NCBI GenBank assembly: GCA_951406725.2
Contig: OX597814.1
Coordinates: forward strand, 86,180,001 to 86,244,000
DNA: 64,000 nt
DNA from: Octopus vulgaris
Lineage: Eukaryota
Direction: 5' to 3'
The notes under the pieces are model-generated. The model ran no database searches, was not told where the DNA came from, and saw only the letters and a program-made list of their open reading frames with translations. Shown one piece after another: positions 28,573 to 43,271 of the stretch (within the stretch, counting starts at the first letter, position 1; the number at the start of each line of letters is the position of its first letter). Position numbers and translations under genes: made by a program.

Positions 28573-28889
28573 TACACGAGCGTGTGTGTGTGTGTCTGTA
28601 GAATGTAAAAAGAGAGAAAATAGACAGTTTCTGACAATGCAGAAAGTTTGATAAAAACCTTTATATTCCGGGCTCGAAAGCCCATCTACGAAAGAAAAGA
28701 ACAGTCTAAGAAAGTCCAGTTATGTAGGATCCGTTAATCCACTCAAACTCTCTACTGCTTATATAACAGCAGCAGTCGCTCTCCAAACCTAGGTGTAATC
28801 TAAGTCCCACGCATTGGTATAAACCAGTGGTTCCTAAACTTTTTCGGGCTGCCACACCCTTAGCACTCAGGCCACTTTCTAGCGCTGAC

Positions 28890-29503
28890 TAGAAGAAGTT
28901 ATTATTTGGTTTGGGTTTCAAAGTTCAAAGTGGACTAAACCTTTCATATCCCAGCAAACATATAACAACACTTTAGCCAGGGGTACCTGTGTTTCTCATT
29001 TCTCTACCCACTGTCTGCAGCATTAGACATTTTCATAGAGAACCCATTTCTCATCACCAGTCACTATTCGGTCCTAAAAAGATACATTCGTGAGACATGA
29101 CTGCAAAGAAGAGCGCACATTCACTTTCTGCGCGTGATTAGACTCGGAAAGTTTGTGAAGAACCCATTGACCAAATTTGCTGACTTTTCCAATGGCACAC
29201 AGGTGTCGATGAATGGCTGCATGACCAAATCTAAGCTTCTCTGCTAGTTTCTCAACAGTTATGATGGCACTTTGTTCCACCAGGGTTTGCAGGACATCCT
29301 CAAAGCTCTACAGATCTTCCAGGACGAGGCTCATCTTCTAGGCTGTAGTTTCTAGCTCGGAATTTCTGGAAGTACTGCTGACACTGGCTTACGCTTATTG
29401 TCCGATCCCCATATACTTGCACCATCCATTGTGTTGTTGTCTTTATTGAACTCATAAAGCAAAATTTGCCGAATATGCTCCTTTGTCGTAGTAGAAATGG
29501 CAT
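28890..29503 (-). mobile_element. Mariner transposase relic
   Basis: VYGDRTIS...FQKFR...SLEDEPRPGRS (HTH), GQWVLHKLS (WVPHEL-like), DRIVTGDEKWVLYEN; stops and frameshifts. Confidence 0.85.
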
Positions 29504-30002
29504 AGTTTCCTAAAGGAAAACAGCTCACTGGTGTTTCTTAATCTGCAAATCCAAGAGAATCCCACACAGAGCGAAACTCTTAGCGTTGCGTAATATAATA
29601 ATAAAAAGACAGAGGAAGGGATTTTATGGTCTCGCTACGATCATCTAATGAAACATTTTAGCGAACACGCAGACGCGCAACTTAAAATCTGCAAATTAAG
29701 CTAATAATCTATAACGTAAAAAAAGATCAAACGAAAAGTGTAAGTAAAAACTAAAAGCTACACAAAGAAAATGTATTAAATCCCGTACACTTTGGTGGGA
29801 AAACCCTCAGTCACTGAGTTAGCATCATATGTTACGTAGTTTCGTATATTAGTATGTGAGGGAAGAGCTATTGTAACTGAGGAAGAAATGAATGCTTCTA
29901 GTATTTAGGGTGAGAATACTGGTATTCAGGCATGCGATAAAACTTTACCGCTTCATGTAGTTCATTGATATACAGGAGGCAGATATCATATATTATTTAT
30001 GT

Positions 30003-30004
<2 letters not shown>

Positions 30005-30071
<67 letters not shown>

Positions 30072-30232
30072 CATACATACATACATACATACATACATAC
30101 ATACATACATACATACACACACACATACATACATACATACATACACACATACATACATACATACATACATACATACATACATACATACATACATACATAC
30201 ATACATACATACATACATACACACATACATAC
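30005..30232. repeat. Compound (TA)n-(TACA)n microsatellite
   Basis: Direct reading; representative of dozens of compound microsatellites in the window. Confidence 0.95.
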
Positions 30233-30350
30233 AACCAAACAAAGATACCCTGTTGTTGATGTTGAAATTCCAATGAAGGAACCTTGGATCTAGGGTAGAA
30301 ACCAGTTCTTTCTCTATTGGCAAGAAATCTTTAAATAAACTGAATAATGA
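30233..30350 (+). mobile_element. Solo 3' end of the (TACA)n-associated LINE
   Basis: Reverse complement of 32215-32322; embedded in (TACA)n. Confidence 0.7.
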
Positions 30351-30355
30351 CATAC

Positions 30356-30657
<302 letters not shown>

Positions 30658-30904
30658 TATACGTATATATGTATATATATATATGACATAACATATACAT
30701 GACTAAAGAAAGAAATACAGTAAGACATGCTGTGTTTGTATGTGTGTATACATATACGTATATGTATATATAAAATGTTTGTACATATGTATATACGTAT
30801 ACACATATATGCATATGTATGTGTATATGTTTGAATGTACACATGTATGTATGCATATATGTCTGTGTGTATATATATGTGTGTGTATGTATGTATATAT
30901 ATAT

Positions 30905-30990
<86 letters not shown>

Positions 30991-32214
30991 CATACATACA
31001 CACACACATATATATACATATATGTATGTATGCATATATGTATGTAAGCAATAGCATGGCAGCATTGATATTGGTCGGGCTGAAACTACAGTTTGCAGGT
31101 ATGGTAAGTGTGAAACAACGATGGATTGTTCGTGACTCATTCATTTTATCTTGGCTACTTGACATATCTATATATCATTATACCTTCAGTTTTTCTCCTA
31201 ACCCCTCTCCCCTGTCTGGCATCTGCATAACAAGAATTTCAATGTTATCTCTTTCACTGCTAATTAAAACAACCGTATCGCATCCTTTCGCCAATATCGA
31301 TCCTCGACATCAAGGACATAAGCATTGCTCTTTTCTTACTGATTTTAACACTTCAGCTTGTTACTTACTGCCTGTTCTTTTTTCTTCCTTTTCTTCTTGT
31401 TCGTATTTCTTTTATTGCTGTTTTATTGTTGTTTTTGTATGATTCCTTCTACGAACAACCCTACACCATCTAAAATAAAATGGTACATATACATATATAC
31501 AAACAGAAAAACGAGAAAAAAAAATCAAACAAACACGCATCATTTCAAAGCATCATGGGAGTCAGTAGGTTTAGATACAAGCAAACAACGCTCTCTATGA
31601 GTAAACAGTTGTATTACTGCGTAAACATTTATTACTGCGTTTCGACTCTTGTTTGCCGTCTTTTACTGAGTCTCCTGGGTAAATGTTTTTTACTGGTGTT
31701 AAGGAATAGAATTAAGCCGATTAGAATAGAAAAAAATGTTGGCAGAGAAGACAGATTTATTCAATAATAATTTAGGTTAGATTACATTTCATTTTTTTCT
31801 CATATTTCAGTCTCTACAACACAATTGACAACATCTGCGGCAGCCATCTTAATTTCGCTTTTTACCAACTTCCTTCCATCTTTTCTCCGCTGCCTGCTTT
31901 CATTTAACATCTCGTTTATTCTCACATAAAGCGATCAGTTATAGTAAATTCCTCACTTATTATTTACTATTCCCTCATATTTAAATCTGCATACCGTTCG
32001 CAACATTTGCTTATGTTCTTATTATTAATAGTATTAGGCGCAGGCGTGGCCGTGTCGTTAAGAAGCTTGCTTACCAACCATGTAGTCTTGGGTTCAGTCC
32101 CACTGCGCTTACCTTGGACTAGTAACTTCTACTGTAGCCCTGGGCCAGTCAAAGTCTTCTGGGTCGATTCGGTTGACAGAATCTAAAAAAAAGCCCGTCC
32201 TATATGTATGTATA

Positions 32215-33965
32215 TCATTATTCAGTTTATTTCAAGCTTTCTTGCCAATAGAGAAAGAACCGGTTTCTAACCTAGATTCAAGGTTCCTTCATTGGAACTT
32301 CAACATCAACAATAGGGTATGTTTGTTTGTATGTATGTATGTATGTATGTATGTATGTATGTATGTATGTATGTATGTATGTATGCATGTATGTATGTAT
32401 GTATGTATGTATGTATGTATGTATGTATGCATGCATGTACGCGAGCAAATTTGTATGTTTTGCTTTATGTATGTATTCTCATGCATATAGTTGTATATTT
32501 AGACATGCTCATATATATTTAAATGATAAACTTCTGGAGAGTTTTACAGATTTTTACAGTTCCAGTGATGGATTTGATCTGTAGTCTTCGAATTAGCTTT
32601 CTTTTTTCTGGTTTTGAGAAGCCCAATTTCTCAAGATTGGTATTTACGTATCCCAGGGCCCTAATAATTACAGGTATAAACCTGAACTTGTAATCTGTAA
32701 CTGCAAATTTCTCAATAGTTCATAGTAGGTATTCTCTTCTTCAGCTTTATGCTAACATCCGCTGGACAGCTAATTTCCACAGTTGTACACAGTTTCTCTT
32801 CTCTATCCCAAATCATTATATCAGGTCTGTTGTGCTTACATTTTATTGAGGTTTTCACTGGAACATTCCACCAGTACTCCTTTTTATTATGAGTGGCTTT
32901 GGCTTCTACCATACTGTGGGTTCTTATTTCTTTGTCCTCGGGATTATCCTTCCGACAGATTTCGCTATAGAGTGTCCTAGCTACATCATGTCTTATCGGT
33001 AGATAATACCGTGCTGATATTTTCGGACAACTGCTTATGATGTCTGTGGTATCTTCGGTGTTAACTTCACAAAGTCTGCATCGGTTGTCACATTCTACTG
33101 CTTTTCCTATATTTCTGTCCCTTTTGTGCATCGGGTATTTGGATGATATTTCCTGTTCCTGGATTGCAAATGCATACTCTTCAAAGTGGAAGGTAGTAAT
33201 CCGGCTATTAGTCCATGAAAGACTGTTTCGATGATCAATGTTACTATCATCTCGTAGTTTTCTAACATGTCTTCTGCTCATATATGCTCATCCTTTCATC
33301 TGATGATACGTTGCGGTTGAGTCGTGTGACTTCTTTGGGCATGTATTTAAGGTTATCAGACAAGGAATGTTGCTCAAGGAGCTTCCAAGTATTATGATGT
33401 TAGCAGCCTCATGTATGCAAACTTGGTCAAGGGATGCACTTCAACACTTGGTGGTCAAAAGATGTTGCCAAAGGGATATGATACGACATTCAAAGGCATT
33501 TTGGATCGATGTTAAGCCTCGGCCGCCTTGTTTTCGTTTTAGGCAGAGGCGGTTTACGTCACTTTTGATGTGGAAATTATGCGTGCTTGTTAGTATTTTT
33601 CGGGTTTTCACATGAATGTCTCGAATTTCATCAAGCGTCCAACCAAGCAGCCCAAATGTTGGTATGAGTACTGCCACTGCAAACACGCTGTCAGCCACTG
33701 TTTTATTGAATGCAGAGAGTTCTAATGTCCAAATTTTCTTTATTCGGCTGTAATATTCTTTAGTGACACGTGCTTTTCTGCAGGTGCCACTGTAAGATAT
33801 ATTCCTCGTCAGATATAGGGGAAACAGTTAAGTCATTGATGGAGATGTTGTTTGTCTGGTTCACAATGTTCCCCTTTTTCACAACCATATAACATTTATC
33901 CTGATCAAACTCCCACCCTACATCCTTTGAGAATGTTGTAACTAGGTCAAGACTCTTTTTCATTT
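32215..33965 (-). mobile_element. R4/Dong-type RLE LINE, 5'-truncated and degenerate (RT C-terminus + endonuclease + 3' UTR)
   Basis: FSKDVGWEFDQDKC, RLCLKRKQGGRGLTSI, FAIQEQEI, CRLCEVNTED...IISSCP, RHD, HNRPDIMIWD, VEISCPAD; flanked by (TATG)n. Confidence 0.88.
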
Positions 33966-35798
33966 CGTACATATACTTTGCATAAAGTTTGCTTGTATGT
34001 ATGTATGTATGTAGGTAGATAGGTAGGTACATATGTGTGTGCATGTATGTATGTATATATGTAGGTATTATGTATGTATGTATGTATGTATGTATGTATC
34101 TATGTATGTATGTAGGTAGGTAGGTAGGTAGGTACATATGTATGTGTATGTATGTATGTATATATGTAGGTAGTATGTATGTATGTATGTATGTATGTAT
34201 GTATGTATGTATGTACCTATGGGTATGTGTCTTTGTGTCTGTGTCTATCCCCCACCACCGCTTAACAACCGGTTAATTAACGATTCGGTAAGTTAGCAAA
34301 ATGCACCGATAGGGTAAGTATCAGGTTTAAAAAAAACGAAAAAGAAGTACCGAGATCGAATTATTGAACTTCAAGACGGTAGTAAGAGATAAAAGATGAA
34401 AGCTGAACTAAATAAGCAGGCTCATGAATTTTAGGGAATGTGGAGTTAGTGACGGTTGGTAAATTAATGGTAACAAAACCCGGATGATAAACGAGGGCGA
34501 ATTCATGTTCTTCACCAAGTGCTTACTTTTAAGCGTAATATATACATGTGTATGAGAGCCTAAGATACCTGAGAAATATTGAAGGTATACGGTGTTCAGT
34601 CCAGCATCAGAACCAATCGTAGCAAAGTTTCTTAAAGGAAAAACTGATGTTGGTGATGTTGTTTAGCCCTAGGTTAGACATGGTTAACTAAATTTTTGAA
34701 CAAAGATTTCCAGACGTGACTGTGGTGACGTCTTTTTCTTTAAATATGGCATATCTTGGATAACATTGTCCAATGGGTATTTTGTTTTGAGGAGGTGGAG
34801 TGGGGGCAAGGTGGGAAGTTCTAAGTCGGTTGAGTGTGATTTGAAGTAAATTTGACAGCTATTTTTAGCAGATTTAGGCCCCCTTCGTTGATTTGGAAGT
34901 TATAATACCGTTTATGGTGGTGGTGGTGGTCTTGAAAGCAATGCTACTCCTGTGGCTGGTGACTATGATTATGATAATATTGATATTGGCAAAATCAGTA
35001 AAGCAATCAGAGAAACTACCTGGTAGTATTCTTTTCTTTACGTTCTGAATTCAAATCCCTCTGAAATTAATTTTGCCTTTCATCCTTTCGCGATCGATAA
35101 AATAAAGTACCACTCAAGTACTGGAATCGATTATATTGAACAAGACACTCCCACAAATTTCAGGACTTGTGCTTATACTAGAAACAGTTACTATTGAGAT
35201 TGATGGATTAACAGAATTCTTAAAACGACATTTTTTTTTCTGAATCTTTGTGTTCTGAATTCAAATGCCACCGAGACTAACTTTTCCTTCTAACTCATCC
35301 CGGGTTCATATTCACCTTCACACATTTCATGCCTTGTGCGTATATTAGAAACCACTCCTCTCCCTTGTCCTCCTCTTCATCATCATCAGCTTCATCATCA
35401 TCATCAACTACAGCAGCAACAACAACAAAACCAACATGTATGTCTGCGCATGTGCGTGCCAGTATAAATGAAAAGTTGTCTACAAGTGAAAGGTGCATCA
35501 ATAATAAACGAATGTGAAATTGAGGCCTTTAAACAAATTGTTATTGTTATTGTTGTTTTACCTGCTCTTAAAATGATCGTACTATTAATGTTTTATGCAT
35601 TTAGGTTTTGTTCATTTTTTGTTTGTTTTTTTTAACTTTTTTGTTTGTTTATTTTTTTTTTCACGACAGTATATTACAATATAATGTGCCTGAATCTTCT
35701 CACAGACAGATATATAGAGATAGACATACAATAATAACTTTTGCCAGCCCTGTCTCTCCTTCTTCCTCACATTCTCTTTCCGCTTCATTCTTCTTCAG

Positions 35799-35945
35799 AT
35801 TATTTTGAACTCCATGCACAAGTACCAACCACGAGTTCACGTCGTACAGGCCAACGATGTATTCACTATGCGTTGGGGATCATTCTACACCTACGCCTTC
35901 GAGGAAACAAAATTCATTGCAGTGACGGCTTATCAGAACGAACAG
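35799..35945 (+). CDS. Tbx6: T-box transcription factor, T-domain exon
   Basis: ttcttcag acceptor; [49 protein letters not shown]|gtaaaa; 147 nt, phase 0-0. Confidence 0.97.
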
Positions 35946-36341
35946 GTAAAAAAAAATACACACATTCAATTTTATTTATTCCTCCTTTATCTCTCCAACC
36001 CTTGCCGACAGTCCATCGAGTCTGTAAGGCAGGAAAAGGAAACCAGTAGTTTAATGTTCATTGACATACATTATCAATTAATTTCTTGTCTGATCAATTT
36101 CTAATAAGAAATTCGTTACATGTCAATTTAACATGTAAAACTTTGTAACTCCTATTAGCTAATGAAACACGTGTAATGGTGAATAGATAATACCAAACCA
36201 TTTCTAATTTCTTTTGTTATATTTGTTATATATTATATATAAACACACAAATACACGCGCGCGCATGCGCGCACAAATACATACATACATGCATACATAC
36301 ATTCATACATACATACATACATACATACATACATACATACA

Positions 36342-36373
<32 letters not shown>

Positions 36374-36415
36374 CATATACATATGGTATTGATTTTGTTT
36401 TCACTATCATTTCAG

Positions 36416-36483
36416 ATTACACAATTAAAGATTGATAACAATCCATTCGCAAAAGGTTTTCGAGACAACGGAATGGGCAGGCG
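36416..36483 (+). CDS. Tbx6: T-box transcription factor, exon ending the T-domain
   Basis: tttcag acceptor; [22 protein letters not shown] + CG|gtaagt. Confidence 0.96.
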
Positions 36484-36738
36484 GTAAGTACAACACAATA
36501 TTGAATCGGTGGATAAATATTTCAATGATCTCGACGAATGAGAGACAAAAATCTACCACGGGACATAGAAGCTAAACTACAATAAATATTCAAATTGTTT
36601 GTATGTATGTATGCATGTATGTATGTATGTATGTATGTAGTCAAATCGAATAATCGAAGATTAAAAATAACAATAACAAATCAACAAGAGGACGTGTCCG
36701 GGGAATGTATCAGTTTGACGTTCGGTAAAAAGAGAGGG

Positions 36739-36775
36739 CTTTTGACGTTTCGAGCATAGCTCTTCGTCAGAAAGG
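36739..36775 (-). ncRNA. Minimal hammerhead ribozyme motif within a short repeat (about 36640-36830)
   Basis: Minus strand: ccttt-CTGACGA-a-GAGC(tat)GCTC-GAAAC-GTC-aaaag; canonical core and GUC triplet. Confidence 0.75.
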
Positions 36776-37616
36776 AAAACGAAAAAAGTCCAGAGAAGGA
36801 AAAATATCACCAGCAGCATGAGTGTGGTTACATGTCTATAATTAGCTATCCCTATGTATGTATGTATGTATGTATGTATGTATGTATGTATGTATGTATG
36901 TATGTATGTATGTATGTATGTATGCATGTATGTATGTATGTATGTATGTATGTATGTATGTATGTATGTATGTATGTATGTATAAATGTATGTATGTACA
37001 TGGTCTCTCTTTTAATTTTTGAAATGATATAAACAAGGCGCTGGTTTCTGAGAAACAAACCCCAATCGCTTGAATTTAGATAAAAAAAAAAAAACAATAA
37101 TGATGCACATGGTGATTTGCTGGTTTCTTTCTTTGATTGAAAATCCAATGTTTTCGAGATTATTACTTCAACATTTAATACAAAAGCAAGTGCAGAAATG
37201 ATCACGCGTATAAATGTTCGTTTATAATATTTTCATTTTTTTTTTAATTTCTCATTTTCCTAATTCAACTACAACTGTCTTTTCTCGTCAAATTACTCAT
37301 AAACATATACATATGGACACAGTCATGCTCAGTATATAACCACAAACACACACGCACACAGACACAGACACACACACACCAACACGAATAGTCACACACA
37401 GGCACACATATTCACTGCGACAACTGCTTACTCGTATTCAATTCACATTTTACATATATTGTAATACATATAGTGAGAAATGGACATCTGTATAAGAACG
37501 TGCGTATAATTAACTATCGCACACCCACTGAACCGCCGTACATTTATAAGTCCAATTCAGGCACGTACCGTTAACAAATAGCTTTATAACTTTGAGACAA
37601 TGTATGTGGGTGCGTA

Positions 37617-38029
37617 TACTCTTTACTCTTTACTCTTTTACTTGTTTCAGTCATTTGACTGCAGCCATGCTGGAGCACCACTTTTAGTAGAGCAAATCGA
37701 CCCCAGGACTTATTCTTTGTAAGCCTAGTACATATTCTATCGGTCTGTCTTGCCGAACCGCTAAGTTACGGGACGTAAACACACCAACATTGGTTGTCAA
37801 GCGATGTGGCGGGGGACAAACACAGACACACAAGTATATACACATACATATATATATACATATATACGACGGGCTTCTTTCAGTTTCCGTCTACCAAATC
37901 CACTCACAAGGCTTTGGTCGGCCCGAGCCTATAGTAGAAGACACTTGCCCAAGGTGTCACGCAGTGGGACTGAACACGGAACCATGTGGTTCGTAAGCAA
38001 GCTACTTACCACACAGCCACTCCTACGCC
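37617..38029 (-). mobile_element. SINE family A, full length
   Basis: Homology to 23933-24325. Confidence 0.88.
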
Positions 38030-38402
38030 TATATGTATATGAATGTTCTTTTTCTCTTTTTACTTTAGAATATATTTTGACGAGCTACCTTCTTGGTAGC
38101 AAGTTTGGGAAGGAAAATATCTTGTTTCAACCATCATCCTCTAAATCTTATGGTCTTGTAGGTTTTTATAGACCTATGTATGTATGTATGTATGTATGTA
38201 TGTATGTATGTATGTATGTATGTATGCATGCATGCGTGTATGTATGTATGTATGTATGTATGTATGTATGTCTGTCTGTCTGTCTGTATGTATGTATGTA
38301 TGTATGTATGTATGTATGTATGTATGTATGTATGCATGCATGCATGTATGTATGTATGTATGTATTTATGTACGTATGTATGTATGTATGTATGTATGTA
38401 TG

Positions 38403-38435
<33 letters not shown>

Positions 38436-38567
38436 CTAAATCTTATGGTCTTGTAGATTTTTAAAGACCTATGTATGTATGTATGTATGTATGTATGTAT
38501 GCATGTAAGGATGTAAATATGTATTCATGTATGTAAGTATGCATGTATACATGCATGCATGTATATG

Positions 38568-38797
38568 CAGGGTTGGCCAAAAGTCACCTGACAGTAAATC
38601 AAAACCATTTAATTCCAAGATTTATTTATGTTTAACAACTGAATGAATTTAATAAAAGCATCTAAATATGAAACATCATGGAAATTGTTCAAATCGAAGT
38701 CCTTCCTAAGCGACACTTTTCCATTCGAGTCAATACATAATTACAGATAGTATTTATGGAGGTTTGATTTACTGTCGGTTGACTTTTGGCCAATCTG
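38568..38797. mobile_element. Tc1/mariner-type MITE
   Basis: TIRs CAGGGTTGGCCAAAAGTCACCTGACAGTAAATCAAA / TTTGATTTACTGTCGGTTGACTTTTGGCCAATCTG. Confidence 0.8.
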
Positions 38798-39961
38798 CAT
38801 GTAAGTATGTAGTATGTATGTACGTATCTAAGTATAGGTGTGTAGGGCAACGAACGAAAATAGAATTTATATTTTATTGTATTAACAGTTTGGCTCAAGA
38901 TCGCATTCCTTCAAGTTTCACAGAGCTGAGAGTAAACACACCTGATTATTCTGAAGCAGTTGCTCAAACGATCAGAAATGTTTTTCTCACTTTTGAGAAA
39001 CTACAAGTAATGAGATTAAGTGCTAAACTGTTAATGCGCGCACGCGCACAGATTTATGGGGGTATGAGAATAAAAAAGATTGGATGGGTTGTAAACAAAC
39101 ATAAATACAACATACTGGATTTATATATTTTGTAGTTTTTATAGTTGTATTGAATTGTACACATATATAGTCCCTCACGCGCACAGATATATGTATATAT
39201 ATACACACACACTATATTATACATGTATACACATAGTGTACATATATATATATGTGTGTGTATGCATATATATGTGTATATACATATAGACATACATACA
39301 TACATACATATTATTCTGATAATGTTGCGGTTTAACATCCAAAATCAATTTGAAATATCCAGTGTAAAGCTTGGAAATAACCACAATGATGAAACACACG
39401 TCGAGAACAAATGCTATAAACTTAATTTTACAGTAATTTTCTTATATGATATGATATTATATTATGTTATATTATATTTTACACACACACACACACACAC
39501 ACATGCGCGCACTCACACACACACACATATGCGCGCACGCATATATGTGTGTGCTTGTATCTATATGATATTCACCAATACTACTTTTAACACTCATGTG
39601 AACTAAATCATCTCTTATATTAACTTTTACTCTGTCACAAACCAACAGAGGTAATATAATTCCTTCCTCCATATCAACTATATTTTATGTATTATCAAGC
39701 TAAGCTGACAACATGTACGATTAGCAGGATAGAGCTATGACTAAATTAAACTTGAAATGCAGAGGAAAGTTTGACAGCTTAGCATCGAAGCAGTAATGAT
39801 TGGCTTAATTATGCATAAAATATTAGGCATTCAATTAGCATTCCTTCATAACGAATGGAAAATATTTACCTTTTTATATTCAACGAATAAAATCTATAGT
39901 GTGAATCAACCTACCTTGCGGAGTTTCTGAAGAGCCATTGGCGAAGCAGGATATATATATA

Positions 39962-40148
39962 TAGATCGTTAGCTCCTACACGCATTTTTTTCTCTCCTTG
40001 TTTTTTTCTGTGTATCTTTCTGTTGAAGAGCGTAGGCTCGAAACGTAAAAGACTTGTTCTATTTCTATTCCTGAGCGCCATACTAATACATTTGTTTGTT
40101 TGTACTCTACCTGCCTTCGTCTTTTGTTTATTTTCGTAAACCTTCCCG

Positions 40149-40150
<2 letters not shown>
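39962..40150 (+). mobile_element. Penelope-like terminal-repeat fragment between (TA)n tracts, with hammerhead variant at 40015-40052
   Basis: tcttt-CTGTTGA-a-GAGC(gtag)GCTC-GAAAC-GTA-aaaga; same family as 46548-46750 and 56990-57160. Confidence 0.7.
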
Positions 40151-40196
<46 letters not shown>

Positions 40197-40273
40197 AATC
40201 CAAACGGGAAAACAAAAAAACAACAACACGTGGAACAATTACAGTATTATTATTAATAGGCGCTCAGGAAATA

Positions 40274-40316
<43 letters not shown>

Positions 40317-40534
40317 CGGACGAACGATTATGGATTAAATCTTCTTTTAGTCACCCTCAGACTTATCTTGGGATGCTTTATTCTAAGTGATTGGACGTTT
40401 TTTTCTCTTTCAATTTGTCCCGCCCTATATATATATATCAAACAAATAGTGAGGGATTATTAATCCGGGAAAAATATTTACCCTTCCCCATACAATATCC
40501 ATTTCTTCAGTGCTCTGCTTGTTGTAACCAGAAA

Positions 40535-40641
40535 TAGCTCTGATGAAGGTAGCATCAATTTTACTCGATTGATCGACTGACCACTTGAGTAAACGTATCA
40601 GTAATGAACCTATAATCAATACTGGAAACAGCTGTAAGCCA
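40535..40641 (+). ncRNA. Hammerhead-like motif with extended stem II
   Basis: tagct-CTGATGA-[about 78 nt incl. TTTACTC/GAGTAAA hairpin]-GAAAC-agct-GTA-agcca; palindromic helix III ACAGCTGT. Confidence 0.6.
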
Positions 40642-40984
40642 AATTTGCTCCAATAAAGGGAAGATATGTTATGACCATTATTTTTAATGCATTTGTGTGT
40701 TCTTATGGTATGTGTGTTGTGTGTGTGTGCGCGTGTGTGTGTGTGTATGTGTGTGCGTGTGTGTGTGTGTGTGTATTCTCGACAACCGTCATTGGTGAGT
40801 TTGCATTCCTGTAACTTAGAGGTTCGGCAAAAGAGAACTGATAGAATAAGTACCAGACTTTAAAAGAAAAATGGTAATGGAGTCAATTCATTCTACTAAA
40901 ATTCTTCAACGCGGTGCTCCAGCAGGGCCGCAGTCTATTGAACTGAAGAAGGTAAAAGATACATGTAATTATATTCATAGATAG

Positions 40985-41055
<71 letters not shown>

Positions 41056-41062
41056 TTAGAGA

Positions 41063-41136
<74 letters not shown>

Positions 41137-41276
41137 ACGGTCTTCTTCAATTTCCAAGGACCAAATCCACTTACATGGCTTTAGTCGGCCAAGGTTATAG
41201 AGGAAGACTCTTGCTCAAAATGTTACGCAGTGGGACTGAACCTGGAACTATATGGTTGGGAAGCAAATTTCTTACC

Positions 41277-41348
<72 letters not shown>

Positions 41349-41420
41349 TGTGTGTGCGTATGTGTGTCTGTGTCTGTATATATATGTATACATATATATG
41401 TATATATATGTATATATGTT

Positions 41421-41486
<66 letters not shown>

Positions 41487-41899
41487 TATATGTGTGTGTG
41501 TATGTATGTATGTATGTATGTATGTATGTATGTATGTATGTATGTATGTATGTGTGCTATGTACTACATATATAATATCAACAGAGAATGCAAAAGAAAC
41601 TGAAAGGATCAGAGAAGTTAGATTAAACTTCATTAAAAACATAATCTATCTCCGTGGAAAATCTTGAAAGATTTCTATAATTCTTCCTTAGTAAGAAATA
41701 TTGTGTCAGAAGTTGACACTATGCAGCCACCTAGAGAGAAACGGTGCAAAGTTTCTTGTGACATCTAACGCCATCAAGCGGCTGCTGTCAGACATATAGG
41801 TATCATGTAGGTATATAGCGCAGGATTAATGTCGAGATGCGTTCGGCTATTCAATCTAAGAGCTTCGCTGTGATTGCAATCAAACAAGAAGCTTAGAAG

Positions 41900-42158
41900 A
41901 GAAGAGAAGGTGTGGGGAGTAGTGTTTTGGGTGGTGGTCGTGATATTACTGTTGTTGGTTGTTGGTGGTGCTGGTGGTGCTGGTGGTGCTGGTGGTGAGA
42001 GGGGGTAGGGTGGAGAGGCAGTTATAGACCAACGAAGGATGGGAGCGAAGACGGTGAGAGGATGATTAGGAGACCATCATTGGTGCATATTCGGGTTTCA
42101 TTGTCGGTTGCGGCGGCGGAGGTGGTGGTGGTGGTGGTGGTGGCGGCAGTGGCGGCTG

Positions 42159-42193
<35 letters not shown>

Positions 42194-42500
42194 GTGCGCG
42201 TGGTAATGTGATGTACGTTGATGATGGTTGTGATTGAGGTATGTTGTTGTCGGCGATGGTGGTAGTGGCGGGGTTGTTGGTGGTGGTGGTGGTGGCGGGG
42301 GATGTTGGCGGCAGTGGTGGCGGTGGGGTTGATGTTGGTAGTGGTGGTGGTAGTGACGTTGGTGATTGAGATGATAGTGGTTGCGAAAATGGTATCTGTG
42401 ATGTGATGATGATGGTTATTATTACGATATGTTGATGGTGGCGGTGATGATGGTTGGGGTGATAGTTGTAGTTGTGGTTGCGATCATGGTAGTGTAAAGT
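41900..42500. repeat. Degenerate (GGT)n low-complexity tract
   Basis: GGT/GAT/GGC triplets, no long ORF in the supplied track. Confidence 0.8.
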
Positions 42501-42945
42501 GATATAATAGGGTAGGATTCTATCGTTGGTGAGCCCTGATCGGGCAGACCTATGATCAAAGGCATTCCAGCTGTGACCATCCCATCTTTTACATGTTCTA
42601 ACGGTCTATATTATCAGAATTTTTTTTTTTTTTTAACGTTATATTCAGATTAGGGAGATTTCGCTGCTATCTTTAGCATGTCGAGCGATCAGGTGCAGGC
42701 TCTTCGTTGGCTCGAGTCATGGGATATGATGTACAATTAAACTTGATGGTTTTGCTTGTTGAAGGCTTTGAATGTAATATCTTGATGACGGTGACAATGG
42801 TGGTGGTGGTGACTGACGCGGCCGTTGTGATATGTCATCGCAACAGCTACATCGATAAGAGTCTGTTTAAAATGATTGTTTATTGTATATGTATTGACAT
42901 GTTTATGCAAGCGCGCGTAAGTATGCGTATGTATATGTATGTGTG

Positions 42946-43049
<104 letters not shown>

Positions 43050-43207
43050 TAGATATAGATATAGATATAGATATAGATATATACATACATACATTATACA
43101 TATACATATTTATATCTACATATATATATATATGTATATACATATATGTGTATATATATATACATACATACATTATACATACATATATACACATACATAT
43201 TTATATC

Positions 43208-43271
<64 letters not shown>

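Noticed and set aside
38141-38475. Repeated 38-bp unit separated by (TATG)n, superficially array-like
   Set aside because: Only two copies; a simple local duplication next to a microsatellite, not a CRISPR or functional array
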